The position numbers and the translations under genes were made by a program. Below are positions 21,760 to 31,804 of a stretch of 64,000 bases of DNA, piece by piece. Position 1 is the first letter of the stretch; every line of letters begins with the position of its first letter. The stretch covers positions 1,152,001 through 1,216,000 of the forward strand of contig OZ241883.1 of the NCBI GenBank assembly GCA_965203445.1, written 5' to 3'. Source of the stretch: Candidatus Oxydemutator sp. (lineage in GTDB: Bacteria; Pseudomonadota; Gammaproteobacteria; Poriferisulfidales; Oxydemutatoraceae). A model generated the notes under the pieces. The model was not told the origin of the DNA. It saw only the letters and a program-made list of their open reading frames with translations, and did not search any database.

Positions 21760-22767
21760 ATGCGCGGGCTGGTGGCGACCGTCGTTTTGTTCGTCGCGTT
21801 GTCGGCGACGGCGCGGGAGGAAAACGCCGGCGATAACCGCCCCGAAAGCCGGCTGCTGATGCGCCTGCTCGACAAGGTGGAGCGTTTGCAGGGCGAGTTG
21901 CAGGAAGTGCGCGGGCGCAGCGATCGCCAGGAGCGTGAGTTGCGCGCGCTCAGGAGGAAAATGCGTGAACTGGAAGGCCGCGGCGCCGCGTCTGCCGCGC
22001 CTGCCACTGCCGCCGATGCCGCACCCACCGTGCCTATTGTGCGGCCGCCTGCTGCCGCTGCTGATGCCACGCCCGCCGCTGATGCCGCGCCCGCCGCGCC
22101 CGTAACGCAGCCGCCGGCCGCGGAACGGGAAGCGCCGGATGACGATGTACGGAGCGCGACAAGGCCCGCCGACGAAACGCCGCCGCGAGTGCAGGCGCCG
22201 TCGTCCGGCGATGGCGAAGCGCCTGCCGTTGGCGAGTCGCCTGCCGGTGCCGAAGCGCCTGCCGCTGCCGAGTCGCCTGCCGCAGCCGCGCAAGCCGCGC
22301 GCGCCGACGGCGCGCGCGCGCCGCAGCCGCACGAGCAGCGTTTGGGATTTTTGCCGAAAGACGCGGCGACGCCGAATGAAAGGGACGAGCGCCGTGCGTA
22401 TCAGCGTGCGACGCGCGCGTTGGACGACAACGACTACGCGCTTTTGCGACAAGAGCTCGACGTGTTTTTGCGCGGCTGGCCGCGCGGAAGATACGCGGCC
22501 AACGCGAAGTTCTGGATCGGCGAGGCCTGGTACGCCGAACGCAACCTCGATGAGGCCGAGCATTATTACAAGCGCGTGACGGAGGAAAACGCCGACCACC
22601 AGAAGAGCGAAGACGCCCGTCTCAAGCTCGCCTATATCCACATGGAGCGCGAGCAGTGGGACGCCGCCGCCGCCGTTTTGCAGGAACTCGCGCAAAACGC
22701 CAGCCAGGGGCGCATCCGCGCGCTTGCGCACAAGAAGCTCGGCCAGGTACAGGAGCAGGAGCGCTGA
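21760..22767 (+). CDS. cpoB: CpoB/YbgF-like protein with a long Ala/Pro linker
   Basis: Signal peptide, coiled coil LQGELQEVRG, TPR NAKFWIGEAWY; lies between tolB and queE. Confidence 0.8.
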   Translation: MRGLVATVVLFVALSATAREENAGDNRPESRLLMRLLDKVERLQGELQEVRGRSDRQERELRALRRKMRELEGRGAASAAPATAADAAPTVPIVRPPAAAADATPAADAAPAAPVTQPPAAEREAPDDDVRSATRPADETPPRVQAPSSGDGEAPAVGESPAGAEAPAAAESPAAAAQAARADGARAPQPHEQRLGFLPKDAATPNERDERRAYQRATRALDDNDYALLRQELDVFLRGWPRGRYAANAKFWIGEAWYAERNLDEAEHYYKRVTEENADHQKSEDARLKLAYIHMEREQWDAAAAVLQELAQNASQGRIRALAHKKLGQVQEQER

Positions 22768-23468
22768 CGTCGTCCACGTCGCACCGGCTTACGCCCGCAA
22801 ACGGAAGCGGCGCCGCCACGCAGGAGCGCGCGCGCCTCAAAGTCACCGAGTTGTTCCATTCCTTGCAGGGCGAGTCGCTGACGGCGGGCGTGCCGACCGC
22901 GTTCGTGCGTCTGACCGGCTGTCCGTTGCGCTGTCGCTATTGCGACACGGCCTATGCCTTCGGCGGCGGACACTGGATGAGCATAAGCGACGTGCTGGCG
23001 CGCGTGCGCGGCTACGGCGCGCGCTACGTCACGGTCACCGGCGGCGAGCCGCTGGCGCAGAAACGCTGCCTCGATCTGCTGACCGAGCTTTGCGACGCGG
23101 GCTACCGGGTCTCGCTCGAAACCGGCGGCGCGCACGACGTCGCCGGCGTTGATGCGCGCGTCGTGATTGTGATGGACTTGAAGACGCCGGCCTCCGGCGA
23201 GGTCGCGCGCAACCGCTACGAGAACGTCGCTCGTCTGCGCGCCAAGGATCAGATCAAGTTCGTCATTTGCGGGCGCGCCGATTACGAGTGGGCCAAGCGC
23301 AAGCTCGGCGAGTACCGCCTCGATGAACGCTGTTGCGTGCTGTTTTCCCCAAGTTACGGCGAGCAGGACGCCACCGAGCTGGCCGACTGGATATTGCGCG
23401 ACGCGCTGCCCGTGCGCTTGCAGTTGCAGCTCCATAAGATTCTGTGGGGCGAGGAGCGCGGGCGGTGA
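22764..23468 (+). CDS. queE: 7-carboxy-7-deazaguanine synthase (start approximate)
   Basis: [27 protein letters not shown]. Confidence 0.93.
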   Translation: MTSSTSHRLTPANGSGAATQERARLKVTELFHSLQGESLTAGVPTAFVRLTGCPLRCRYCDTAYAFGGGHWMSISDVLARVRGYGARYVTVTGGEPLAQKRCLDLLTELCDAGYRVSLETGGAHDVAGVDARVVIVMDLKTPASGEVARNRYENVARLRAKDQIKFVICGRADYEWAKRKLGEYRLDERCCVLFSPSYGEQDATELADWILRDALPVRLQLQLHKILWGEERGR

Positions 23469-24157
23469 GCACCACCGTCGGTGCGCGCGCCGTGGTGCTG
23501 CTGTCGGGCGGTCTCGATTCGGCGACGACGTTGGCCGTCGCCGCGCACGAGGGCTGCCGATGTTACGCGCTGAGCTTCGCCTACGGCCAACGCCACGCCG
23601 TCGAAGTGGAAGCGGCGCGCCGCGTCGCCGCCGCCGTCGGCGTCGCCCGCCACCGTGTCTTCGATCTCGATCTGGCGGCCATCGCCGCGTCGGCCTTGAC
23701 CGACGCCAAGGCGCCGCTGCCGCCGGCCGCGGACGGCGCGATTCCGCCGACCTACGTGCCGGCGCGCAACACCGTGTTTCTTGCGCTGGCGCTGGCCTGG
23801 GCCGAGACGCTGGACGCGCGCCGGATTTACATCGGCGCCAACGCGGTGGATTATTCGGGGTATCCCGACTGTCGTCCCGAGTTCATCAGGGCCTTCGAGC
23901 ACGTCGCAAACCTTGCGACGCGCGCCGGCGTCGAAGGCGACGGTTTCCGCGTCGTCGCGCCGCTGATCTCGCTGACCAAGGCCGCGATCATACGGCGCGG
24001 CGTCGAACTCGGCCTCGATTATTCGCTGACGGTGTCCTGCTACCGCGCCGACGAACGCGGCCGTGCCTGCGGCGAATGCGATTCCTGCCGCCTGCGCCGC
24101 CGCGGCTTCGAGGAGGCCGGCGTACCCGACCCGACCGGCTACGTCGCCGCCGCTTGA
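23465..24157 (+). CDS. queC: 7-cyano-7-deazaguanine synthase
   Basis: [28 protein letters not shown]. Confidence 0.95.
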   Translation: MSTTVGARAVVLLSGGLDSATTLAVAAHEGCRCYALSFAYGQRHAVEVEAARRVAAAVGVARHRVFDLDLAAIAASALTDAKAPLPPAADGAIPPTYVPARNTVFLALALAWAETLDARRIYIGANAVDYSGYPDCRPEFIRAFEHVANLATRAGVEGDGFRVVAPLISLTKAAIIRRGVELGLDYSLTVSCYRADERGRACGECDSCRLRRRGFEEAGVPDPTGYVAAA

Positions 24158-24164
24158 TGGAAGT

Positions 24165-24238
24165 GGCCCATCCTCTCCTAGGGGGAGAGGGTTATATTAC
24201 GGGCCTGCGGACAACTCTTCCCGCTGGGAGAGGGCAGG
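24165..24238. repeat. Palindromic REP-like element, long variant
   Basis: CCTCTCCTAGGGGGAGAGG hairpin plus GGGCCTGCGGAC plus a second hairpin; close copies at 27417 and 30822. Confidence 0.8.
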
Positions 24239-24289
24239 ATTACACTGGCGTATACAATTCCCCCTTATAATAGATAACGGGAGGTTCAC

Positions 24290-25507
24290 GTGGAACTTTC
24301 ATTGCCGCAACAGGTTTTGCTCTCGGGTTTCGCCATCGCGTTGGTGATGGGCGCGGTCGCGTGCAAGACGAGTTTTTGCACGATGGGCGCGGTCTCCGAC
24401 TGGGTCAACATCGGCGACACCGGGCGCCTGCGCGCGTGGCTGTGCGCGATGGCGGTTGCGGTGCTCGGGGTCGCGCTGATCGACGGCCTGGCCGGCGCCG
24501 ACCTGTCGCTGGCGGATAGTGGCGAAACCGGCAGGCCGCCTTACGGGACGCCGGTGTTCGTATGGCCGCGCTATCTGCTGGGCGGGCTGCTGTTCGGCAT
24601 CGGCATGACCTTGGGCTCCGGTTGCGGCAACAAGACGCTGGTGCGCGTCGGCGGCGGCAACCTGAAGTCGCTCGTCGTGTTCCTGGTGATGGGCGCCGGC
24701 GCCTACCTGATGATCTACACCGATTTCGGCTACCACCTGTTTCTGCGCTGGATGCCGGCGCTCGACTTTTCCGCCTACGGCCTCGGCAGCCAGGGCGTGG
24801 ACGAGCTGATCGGCGCGCCGCTCGGCGTCGCCGGGCCGGCCTTTGCGTACGCGACGGCGCTGGTGATCGGCGTGTCGGTGCTGGCGTGGGCTTTCCGATC
24901 GCGCGAATTCCGCTCCAGCGCGGATAACGTTCTCGGCGCGCTCGTCGTCGGCGCCGCGGTGGTCGCGGCCTGGTACGTGACGACCGGGCCGCTCGGCCGC
25001 AGCCTGATGGAGGAGCTTGAGTTTCTCGACGAGGTTCCGTACGACGTGGGTGCGCAGTCCCTCACCTTCGTCAAACCAAGCGGCCAGTTGTACTACTTCA
25101 TCGGCGAAGGCTTCGCCGCCAACGTCGCAACCTTCGCGCTAATCGCGGCGCTCGGCGTCGTCGTCGGGGCCTTTCTCTACTCGGTCTTTTCCGGAAAATT
25201 CCGCGTCGAATGGTTCAGCGACGGTGGCGACTTCCTGCGCCACCTCGTCGGCGGCCTGTTGATGGGCATCGGCGGCGTGCTGTCGCTCGGCTGCACCTTC
25301 GGCCAGGCGATCACCGGCGCTTCAACGCTGGCGTTGGGTTCTTTCGTAACCTTCGCGTCCATAGTGCTCGGCGCGGCACTGACGATGAAGGTGCAGTACT
25401 ACAAGATGGTCTATGAGGAGGAGGCGACTTTCGCCAAGGCGATGGTCGCGGCGCTCGCCGATCTCCGCATCGTGCCCGGCGCCTGGCGCAAGCTCGACAA
25501 CGTCTGA
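24290..25507 (+). CDS. YeeE/YedE family sulfur-compound transporter
   Basis: Multi-TM protein with FCTMG, GSGCG and LGCTFG motifs. Confidence 0.88.
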   Translation: MELSLPQQVLLSGFAIALVMGAVACKTSFCTMGAVSDWVNIGDTGRLRAWLCAMAVAVLGVALIDGLAGADLSLADSGETGRPPYGTPVFVWPRYLLGGLLFGIGMTLGSGCGNKTLVRVGGGNLKSLVVFLVMGAGAYLMIYTDFGYHLFLRWMPALDFSAYGLGSQGVDELIGAPLGVAGPAFAYATALVIGVSVLAWAFRSREFRSSADNVLGALVVGAAVVAAWYVTTGPLGRSLMEELEFLDEVPYDVGAQSLTFVKPSGQLYYFIGEGFAANVATFALIAALGVVVGAFLYSVFSGKFRVEWFSDGGDFLRHLVGGLLMGIGGVLSLGCTFGQAITGASTLALGSFVTFASIVLGAALTMKVQYYKMVYEEEATFAKAMVAALADLRIVPGAWRKLDNV

Positions 25508-25570
25508 GGACGCGCGCGGACGGCATCGTGGGCGCGCCCACGCCGCGCCCGCGTCCTGGGCGCGGGGCGG

Positions 25571-26452
25571 CTACCGCCCGAACAGATACTTGAGCGTGAA
25601 CAGCGCGCTCCACCGGCTCATGCCGGCGAACCTCGTGGTGTTGGTCAGGTCCGGTTCGCGCGTGTGCTCGTCGTAAAGCTCGGTGTCGGAGAAATCGTTG
25701 AGATCGGTGTAGGAAACCTTGAGACCGGCGAGCAGGTCGCGTCGCACGCGATAATCGAAGCCCGCGTGCGCCTGCCACGCGTAGCTCGAGTCGCTCATGT
25801 CCGTGTCCTGGATAATGCGGCGGTTGTCGTTTGTGAATATGGACGAGAAACGCACTCTTTCGACCGTGACGTCGGCTTTGCCGACGCCGACGCCGAGATA
25901 CGGAACAAAGCCGCCGCGTTCCGCGAAATCGTAATAAACGCTGGCGAACAACGACCGGATTTCGACCCGATCCAGGCTGCTGCCGTCGTCGGCGGCATCC
26001 GCCGGATTGCGGTTGCCGGGAATACCGCCGTTGAAGAAACGCAGGCCCCGGAAACTATGCGTCGCGCTGTTGCGCGACTGGCCGGCGGCGACCTCGAGGC
26101 GCAGGCGCTCCCAGATCCAGCCGGCGGCGAGATCGTATTGGAAGCCGGTGTCCGTATCCACCGCGTAGTTCCATCGGTAGCCGCCGTGGGACGCGGGACT
26201 GGTGCAGTTGTCGTAGTAGCAATCCATTTCCCGATTGCGCCCTTGCTGGCGAAAGTCGCCGAGCCAGCTGGCACCCGCGCCGGCACCGACGTAGAAGCCG
26301 GAACGCGCCGCCGCGTCGCCGGCGTGGGCCGTTCCGCCGAGCGCCAGGCCCGTGAGCACCGTGAGCAGCGCGGCGAAAATCTTGTTGTTCCCGGCTTTGG
26401 CCGCCGCTGAGGAGGGTGTTGTGGCGGGCGGCGTCGTGGCGGGGGGCGTCAT
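25571..26452 (-). CDS. Outer-membrane beta-barrel protein (opacity/Msp2-like)
   Basis: GFYVGAGAG, PYLGVGVG, AWQAHAGFDY, C-terminal KYLF. Confidence 0.75.
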   Translation of the reverse strand: MTPPATTPPATTPSSAAAKAGNNKIFAALLTVLTGLALGGTAHAGDAAARSGFYVGAGAGASWLGDFRQQGRNREMDCYYDNCTSPASHGGYRWNYAVDTDTGFQYDLAAGWIWERLRLEVAAGQSRNSATHSFRGLRFFNGGIPGNRNPADAADDGSSLDRVEIRSLFASVYYDFAERGGFVPYLGVGVGKADVTVERVRFSSIFTNDNRRIIQDTDMSDSSYAWQAHAGFDYRVRRDLLAGLKVSYTDLNDFSDTELYDEHTREPDLTNTTRFAGMSRWSALFTLKYLFGR

Positions 26453-26492
26453 CGGGGGCCTCGTGGCGGCTGCGCGGGCGGCGGGGCGACGC

Positions 26493-26891
26493 TTAGCGCT
26501 TCGAGTACTGGATGTCCTTGCGCGCCTTGCGCAGTCCGACTTTTTTGCGCTCGACGATGCGCGCGTCGCGCGTCAGAAAATCACCCTTGCGCAGCACGGC
26601 GCGCGTGCTTTCGTCGTATTGCAACAGCGCGCGGGCGATGCCTAAGCGCACCGCGCCGGCCTGGCCGCTGGGGCCGCCGCCGCGCACGGTGACGTCCAGG
26701 TCGAATTTTTTCTGCATGGACAACGCCGCCAAGGGCTGCTCGACGATCATGCACAAGGTCTCGCGCGAAAAATAATCCTCGAACTTGCGTCGGTTGACGC
26801 GGATTTTGCCGGAACCGGGACGCAGGAAGACGCGCGCCACCGAGCACTTGCGCCGCCCGGTTCCGTAATACCGCTGCGCCGCCTCGGCCAT
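26493..26891 (-). CDS. rpsI: 30S ribosomal protein S9
   Basis: [17 protein letters not shown]-terminal QYSKR. Confidence 0.98.
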   Translation of the reverse strand: MAEAAQRYYGTGRRKCSVARVFLRPGSGKIRVNRRKFEDYFSRETLCMIVEQPLAALSMQKKFDLDVTVRGGGPSGQAGAVRLGIARALLQYDESTRAVLRKGDFLTRDARIVERKKVGLRKARKDIQYSKR

Positions 26892-27325
26892 CAGTTCAGG
26901 ATCTCCAGTCTGGTCGGCCGTTGCGCCTCGTGTTTATGGTGCCCGTCGGCATAGACGCGCAGCTTGCGAAACATCGCGCGCCCGAGACGGTTTTTCGGCA
27001 GCATGCCCTTGACCGCGTATTCGATGGCGCGCTCCGGGCGTTCCTCGAGTATTTTCCTGAGCGAGGTCTGCTTCAGGTTGCCGACGTAACCGCTGTGGCG
27101 GTAATAGATCTTGTGTTCTTTCTTGTTGCCGGTGACCGCAACCCGTGCGGCGTTGATGACGACGATATGGTCGCCGGTGTCCACGTGTGGCGTGAACTGC
27201 GGCTTGTGCTTGCCGCGCAGGCGCCGCGCGATCTCGCTGGCGAGCCGCCCGAGCGGCTTGTCCGAGGCGTCAATCAGATACCATTTCTGCTCGATTTCGC
27301 CGGGCTTGGCGCTGTAGGTTTTCAT
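26891..27325 (-). CDS. rplM: 50S ribosomal protein L13
   Basis: [30 protein letters not shown]. Confidence 0.98.
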   Translation of the reverse strand: MKTYSAKPGEIEQKWYLIDASDKPLGRLASEIARRLRGKHKPQFTPHVDTGDHIVVINAARVAVTGNKKEHKIYYRHSGYVGNLKQTSLRKILEERPERAIEYAVKGMLPKNRLGRAMFRKLRVYADGHHKHEAQRPTRLEILN

Positions 27326-27416
27326 GAGGTTTTCATTCGGGTCTTGTTTTCGATGCGGGTTCCCGCCGTGCGGGACGGGCAATCATATCCGAAGCGACGG
27401 CGATGGGCAAGTTCTT

Positions 27417-27490
27417 GGCCCACCCTCTCCTAGGGGGAGAGGGTTACAGTACGGGCCTGCGGACAACTTCTCCTGGAGGGAGAGGGTTTG
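27417..27490. repeat. Palindromic REP-like element
   Basis: CCCTCTCCTAGGGGGAGAGGG...GGGCCTGCGGACAAC, near-copy of the 24165 element. Confidence 0.8.
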
Positions 27491-27581
27491 AGGGCCTCGT
27501 GCGTTGTGCACGTTTAGGGTTCCGCGTGGGTTTCCTCTATACTTACCAGCGCCTTTCTTGGCACAGGAGCGCATCCGTTCC

Positions 27582-28859
27582 ATGAAAATCGAAAGCATCC
27601 GTCTGCGAAATTTCAAGTCTTTCAAAGAGGTCGAGATAAAGCGAATTCCCGACTTTTGCGTGATCGTGGGCGCCAACGGCACCGGCAAGTCCACGCTGTT
27701 CGACGTCTTCGGCTTTCTCAAGGACGCGCTGACCGACAACGTCCAGATGGCGCTCTCCAAGCGCGGCGGCTTCCGTGAAGTACGCACGAGAACCTCCGAT
27801 GGGGCTATCGAGCTGGAAATCAAATTCAGATTCAAAGCCAAGGAAAAGGAAAAGCCGAAACTCGCCACCTACCTTCTTGCGATCAACGAGAGAAACGGGG
27901 AGCCCGTCGTCGAGCGCGAGGAGCTGCGTTATCGGCGCGGCAGCCATGGCCGACCGTGGAGATTTTTGTCTTTCGCCTGCGGCAAGGGAGAGGCGGTCAT
28001 CAACGAAATTGATGACGTCGAAAGCGAGAAAGACCTGAAGCGCGAGCAGCAGGAACTCGCCAAGCCCGACATACTGGCGATCAAAGGCTTGGCGCAATTT
28101 CGGCGCTATCCGGCGGTTATGGCACTTGGGCAGACGATAGAAAACTGGCACCTCTCCGACTTCCATATCAGCGACGCCCGGTTCAGCCTTCCGGATGCCG
28201 GTGTCGCCCCGCATCTGTCACGGGAAGGAGAGAATCTTGCCTTGGTGACGCAGTATCTTTATGACCACCACCGAGAAAAATTTAACGACATATTGGAGCG
28301 CATGACCAGGAGGGTTCCAGGCATATCGAAAGTGCAGGCAAAGACCACGGAAGAAGGGCGGGTGCTGTTGAAATTTCAGGACAGCGCGTTCAAGGATCCA
28401 TTTCTGATGAGATACGTCTCCGACGGAACCATCAAAATGTTCGCCTATCTGGTGCTGCTGTACGATCCCTCTCCGCACCCGTTGTTGTGCGTCGAGGAAC
28501 CGGAGAATCAACTGTATCCCAGTCTGCTTGCGGAACTGGCGGAAGAATTTTCGAGCTACGCGCGCGATGATCGGCAGGTTTTCGTTTCCACCCACTCTCC
28601 GGATTTCTTGAACGCCGTCGAACTGGAAAGCGTATTCTGGTTCGTGAAAAAAGACGGTTTTACCCAAATCAGGCGTGCGCAAGACGACGCCCAAATTGCC
28701 GCCTTCATAGAGGAAGGAGACCAGATGGGCTATCTTTGGAAAGAAGGCCTCTTTGAAGGGGCGCACCCCGGATTTGAACGCCGTGGAGTGGGGATTGGGG
28801 ATCGGCAATTCGACGGCGTTCGCCGACTGGCCCGACTGCCACCGTCGAACGAACCTTGA
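27582..28859 (+). CDS. ABC/SMC-like (AAA_21-type) ATPase, defence-associated type
   Basis: GANGTGKST, VSDGT signature, CVEEPEN Walker B, STHSP. Confidence 0.85.
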   Translation: MKIESIRLRNFKSFKEVEIKRIPDFCVIVGANGTGKSTLFDVFGFLKDALTDNVQMALSKRGGFREVRTRTSDGAIELEIKFRFKAKEKEKPKLATYLLAINERNGEPVVEREELRYRRGSHGRPWRFLSFACGKGEAVINEIDDVESEKDLKREQQELAKPDILAIKGLAQFRRYPAVMALGQTIENWHLSDFHISDARFSLPDAGVAPHLSREGENLALVTQYLYDHHREKFNDILERMTRRVPGISKVQAKTTEEGRVLLKFQDSAFKDPFLMRYVSDGTIKMFAYLVLLYDPSPHPLLCVEEPENQLYPSLLAELAEEFSSYARDDRQVFVSTHSPDFLNAVELESVFWFVKKDGFTQIRRAQDDAQIAAFIEEGDQMGYLWKEGLFEGAHPGFERRGVGIGDRQFDGVRRLARLPPSNEP

Positions 28860-28921
28860 CACCGCGCGTTTGCGGCAACGCGCGGGCTTCCTCTATACTT
28901 ACCCGCGTGCGCACGATTCGG

Positions 28922-29011
28922 GGAGAGGTACCGAAGTGGTCATAACGGCGCTGACTCGAAATCAGATGGTCGGTTTTTGCCGGCACGTGGGTTCGAATCC
29001 CACCCTCTCCG
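28922..29011 (+). tRNA. tRNA-Ser (anticodon CGA), CCA not encoded
   Basis: GGAGAGG/CCTCTCC stem, CTCGAAA loop, long variable arm, GGTTCGAATCC; followed by CCG rather than CCA. Confidence 0.93.
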
Positions 29012-29045
29012 CCGCGCCGTGAGCGTCCGCCGCAGCGAGAGCAAA

Positions 29046-30767
29046 ATGTCTCAAGAACGAAACCAGACAGGCTTTGAAAAAGTCCATTTGGAACCGGGAA
29101 ACCAGACGTTTTCCGGGGTGATGGCCAATGACAAAAAATACATAATCCCGAGATTTCAGCGCGATTACTCGTGGGAAGAGGGTCATTGGGAAGAGTTGTG
29201 GCAGGACGTCGAGCACATGCGCAAAGATCGAAAGCAACACTTTATGGGGTATCTGGTCTTTCAGGAGCAAAAGGGGAAAACGTTGCAGATTATTGACGGC
29301 CAGCAACGGTTGACGACTTTGTCCATTGTAATCCTGGCGGCGATTGGCAAGCTGAAAAAATTGATTGCCGACGAAATAGAACCTGATGCAAATGAAAAGC
29401 GAATAAAAATCTACCGCGACACCTATGTCGGTGTTTTCGATCCCGTGACCTTGACGGTCAAACCGAAATTGGCCCTCAACCGGAATAATGATGGGCACTT
29501 CCGCACCATTGCGAAAGCTTCGGCGGTAACCACGCAACGCAACGTTACCGTGATAAACCGGCGGCTCAACAAGGCGCTTCGGTTTTTTCAATCCAAATTC
29601 GAGTCTTGTAAGTCCGGCGAAGAAGTAGCCGCGATTCTGGCCGACGTTGCGGACGGCCTGCTTTTTACAACCATCACCGTACAGAATGATCTGAACGCCT
29701 ATATGGTTTTTGAGACTCTCAATGCCAGAGGGCTGCATTTGTCCACGCCCGATTTGTTGAAAAATTATCTGCTCTCGACGATGGCGACTGATGAGGCATA
29801 TTCAGAAGAGCATTTTGTTGATTTTGAGGAACAATGGGCCGGTATTCTGGAGCAGCTGGGGGAGACGGAATTTACCAACTTTCTGCGTAGCTACCGCGGA
29901 ATGCGGAAAAAACTCGTCAGTAAAAAAGACTTGTTCCGCCACTTGAAAACAGACGTGGACCAGCCTGACCAGGTCACGCCTTATCTGGAGGACTTGAAAA
30001 AATACGCTGCCGTCTATGCCGCGTTACAGAACCCCAAAGATGATTTTTGGGAGGAACCTGACGGCGAATACAAAGAGGCGGGCCGACATCTGGAAGCCTT
30101 GGATCTGTTTCACATCAAGACCCCGCTCAGCCTGATGATGGCGGGGTATGAAAAATTGTCACCCGCGGATTTTTTGGGTTTGCTCCGCTATATCGTTATT
30201 GTTACTATTCGCTACAACGTGATCTGCGGGAAGTCTCCCAATAATCAGGAAATCTTGTACAACCGCATGGCCAACGAACTGATGCACTCCGAAGTCGCCT
30301 TGCGCGATCTGATCGCTATGCTCGAACCTGCGTATCCCGGAGATAAAGAATTCGAGAACGCATTTACGTCAAAAACCATGCCGAGCCGTCAATCCAACAA
30401 GAAAATCCTCTTTTTGTTGAGAAAAATAGAACGACATCTCAGCGGCGGCGATGAACCGCCCCGCACCCTGACGCTGGAGCACGTCCTGCCGTTTTCTCCG
30501 GCCGACGCGTGGCAAGAGTATTTTGGCAGAGAAACTTATGAAAACGCGACGGATCGGCTGGGCAATATGGCTTTGCTGGCGTCGAGGGAAAACATGGGGC
30601 AGGAAAGCTTTACAAAGAAAAAGGGGGTTTTGAAAAACAGCCCCTACAAGATAAATCAATGCATCGCTGAATATGCGGAATGGAACATGGACAATTTGGA
30701 TTGCCACCAAAAATGGTTGTCAAAGCATGCCAAAGCCATATGGAGAATACCTCAGCTCGAGCAATAA
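29046..30767 (+). CDS. GmrSD-like protein (DUF262 + DUF1524/HNH), putative type IV restriction enzyme
   Basis: IPRFQRDYSW, IIDGQQRLTT, FETLNARG, LEHVLP...RLGNMALL. Confidence 0.9.
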   Translation: MSQERNQTGFEKVHLEPGNQTFSGVMANDKKYIIPRFQRDYSWEEGHWEELWQDVEHMRKDRKQHFMGYLVFQEQKGKTLQIIDGQQRLTTLSIVILAAIGKLKKLIADEIEPDANEKRIKIYRDTYVGVFDPVTLTVKPKLALNRNNDGHFRTIAKASAVTTQRNVTVINRRLNKALRFFQSKFESCKSGEEVAAILADVADGLLFTTITVQNDLNAYMVFETLNARGLHLSTPDLLKNYLLSTMATDEAYSEEHFVDFEEQWAGILEQLGETEFTNFLRSYRGMRKKLVSKKDLFRHLKTDVDQPDQVTPYLEDLKKYAAVYAALQNPKDDFWEEPDGEYKEAGRHLEALDLFHIKTPLSLMMAGYEKLSPADFLGLLRYIVIVTIRYNVICGKSPNNQEILYNRMANELMHSEVALRDLIAMLEPAYPGDKEFENAFTSKTMPSRQSNKKILFLLRKIERHLSGGDEPPRTLTLEHVLPFSPADAWQEYFGRETYENATDRLGNMALLASRENMGQESFTKKKGVLKNSPYKINQCIAEYAEWNMDNLDCHQKWLSKHAKAIWRIPQLEQ

Positions 30768-30821
30768 TAACCGGCTGAAGTCTCGCTTGCGCAGGGAATA
30801 AATCAGAAGCTTTTCAATCTA

Positions 30822-30891
30822 CCTTCTCCCTCTGGGAGAGGGGTGCCACAGGCTCGTAATGTAACCCTCTCCCCCTAGGAGAGGGTGGGCC
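30822..30891. repeat. Palindromic REP-like element, inverted relative to 24165/27417
   Basis: CCCTCTCCCCCTAGGAGAGGG; supplies the stop codon of the adjacent MTase. Confidence 0.8.
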
Positions 30892-31747
30892 GCATCCTTC
30901 GGGGGTCGTAGACGGGTCTGTTCATCGGGCGGGTGGCCAGCGTCCCCGCCATTTGCCGGCGGATGCGCTCGCGCGCCAACTGCACATAGGGTGCGCATAT
31001 TTCCGCTCCGGCACCGCGCCGGTCGTGTCTCAGCGCCGCGATGATGGTCGTTCCCGTCCCCAGAAACGGATCCAGCACCCAATCGTTTTCGGTGGTCATC
31101 GAGAGCACCAGCCGCTCGATCAACTCGACCGGAAATTGGCACGGGTGCCCGGTCTTCTCCACGTGGTTGTTCTTGACGTTGGGAATGACCCAGACGTCGC
31201 CCGGATTTTTGCCCAGCGGGTTGCAGGAATACTCGCCGGCGCGCGGGCCTTTGAAGTATTTTTTGCCGGGATATTTCTGCGGAACCCTGACCGCGTCAAG
31301 GTCAAAGACGTAATCGTCGCTTCTGGTGAACCACAGGACGGTTTCGTATCTTCCGGAGAAGCGCTTGCTGCAATGCAGCCCGTGCTCGAAATGCCAGACA
31401 ATCCGGTTCCTCAGTTTCAGGCCGTGGCGTGCGAACAGCGGGTACAGCACCGTGTCCAACGGGACGATGGCCCCGTTTTCGACGGTATTGCCGACCTGCC
31501 AGCAGATACTGCCGGACGGGGAGAGAACACGGATGCACTCTTTGATAACCGCATCCTGCTCTTTCAGGTAGGCGTCCAGTTTCAGCTTCTTTTCGTACTC
31601 CTTGCCGAGATTGTAGGGGGGCGACGTAGCCACCAGGCGGATCGCTTCGTCGGGTATCCGGCGCAATAATTTTCTGCAATCCCCCGGGAACACGACGGCC
31701 CGTCCTTCGGCGGAGAACTTCTCGAGGATGGGGAGGGGTCGGGTCAT
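30875..31747 (-). CDS. Orphan beta-class DNA methyltransferase (N4-C/N6-A)
   Basis: TSPPYN precedes HPCQFP and VLDPFLGTGTT. Confidence 0.92.
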   Translation of the reverse strand: MTRPLPILEKFSAEGRAVVFPGDCRKLLRRIPDEAIRLVATSPPYNLGKEYEKKLKLDAYLKEQDAVIKECIRVLSPSGSICWQVGNTVENGAIVPLDTVLYPLFARHGLKLRNRIVWHFEHGLHCSKRFSGRYETVLWFTRSDDYVFDLDAVRVPQKYPGKKYFKGPRAGEYSCNPLGKNPGDVWVIPNVKNNHVEKTGHPCQFPVELIERLVLSMTTENDWVLDPFLGTGTTIIAALRHDRRGAGAEICAPYVQLARERIRRQMAGTLATRPMNRPVYDPRRMRPTLS

Positions 31748-31804
31748 CGGAGGGTCATCGGCGTTGCCGTCGGGCGCCGACGGCCGGATGATTTATAACC
31801 CGGC

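Noticed and set aside
22764-24157. queE/queC as part of a 7-deazaguanine DNA-modification (Dpd) defence system
   Set aside because: They occupy the usual housekeeping position after cpoB, and no dpdA-like gene is present.
28999-29010. 12-nt match CCCACCCTCTCC between the tRNA-Ser 3' end and the palindromic repeats as possible att sites
   Set aside because: Short, low-complexity match; hairpin arm order is opposite to the tRNA acceptor stem and no integrase is present.
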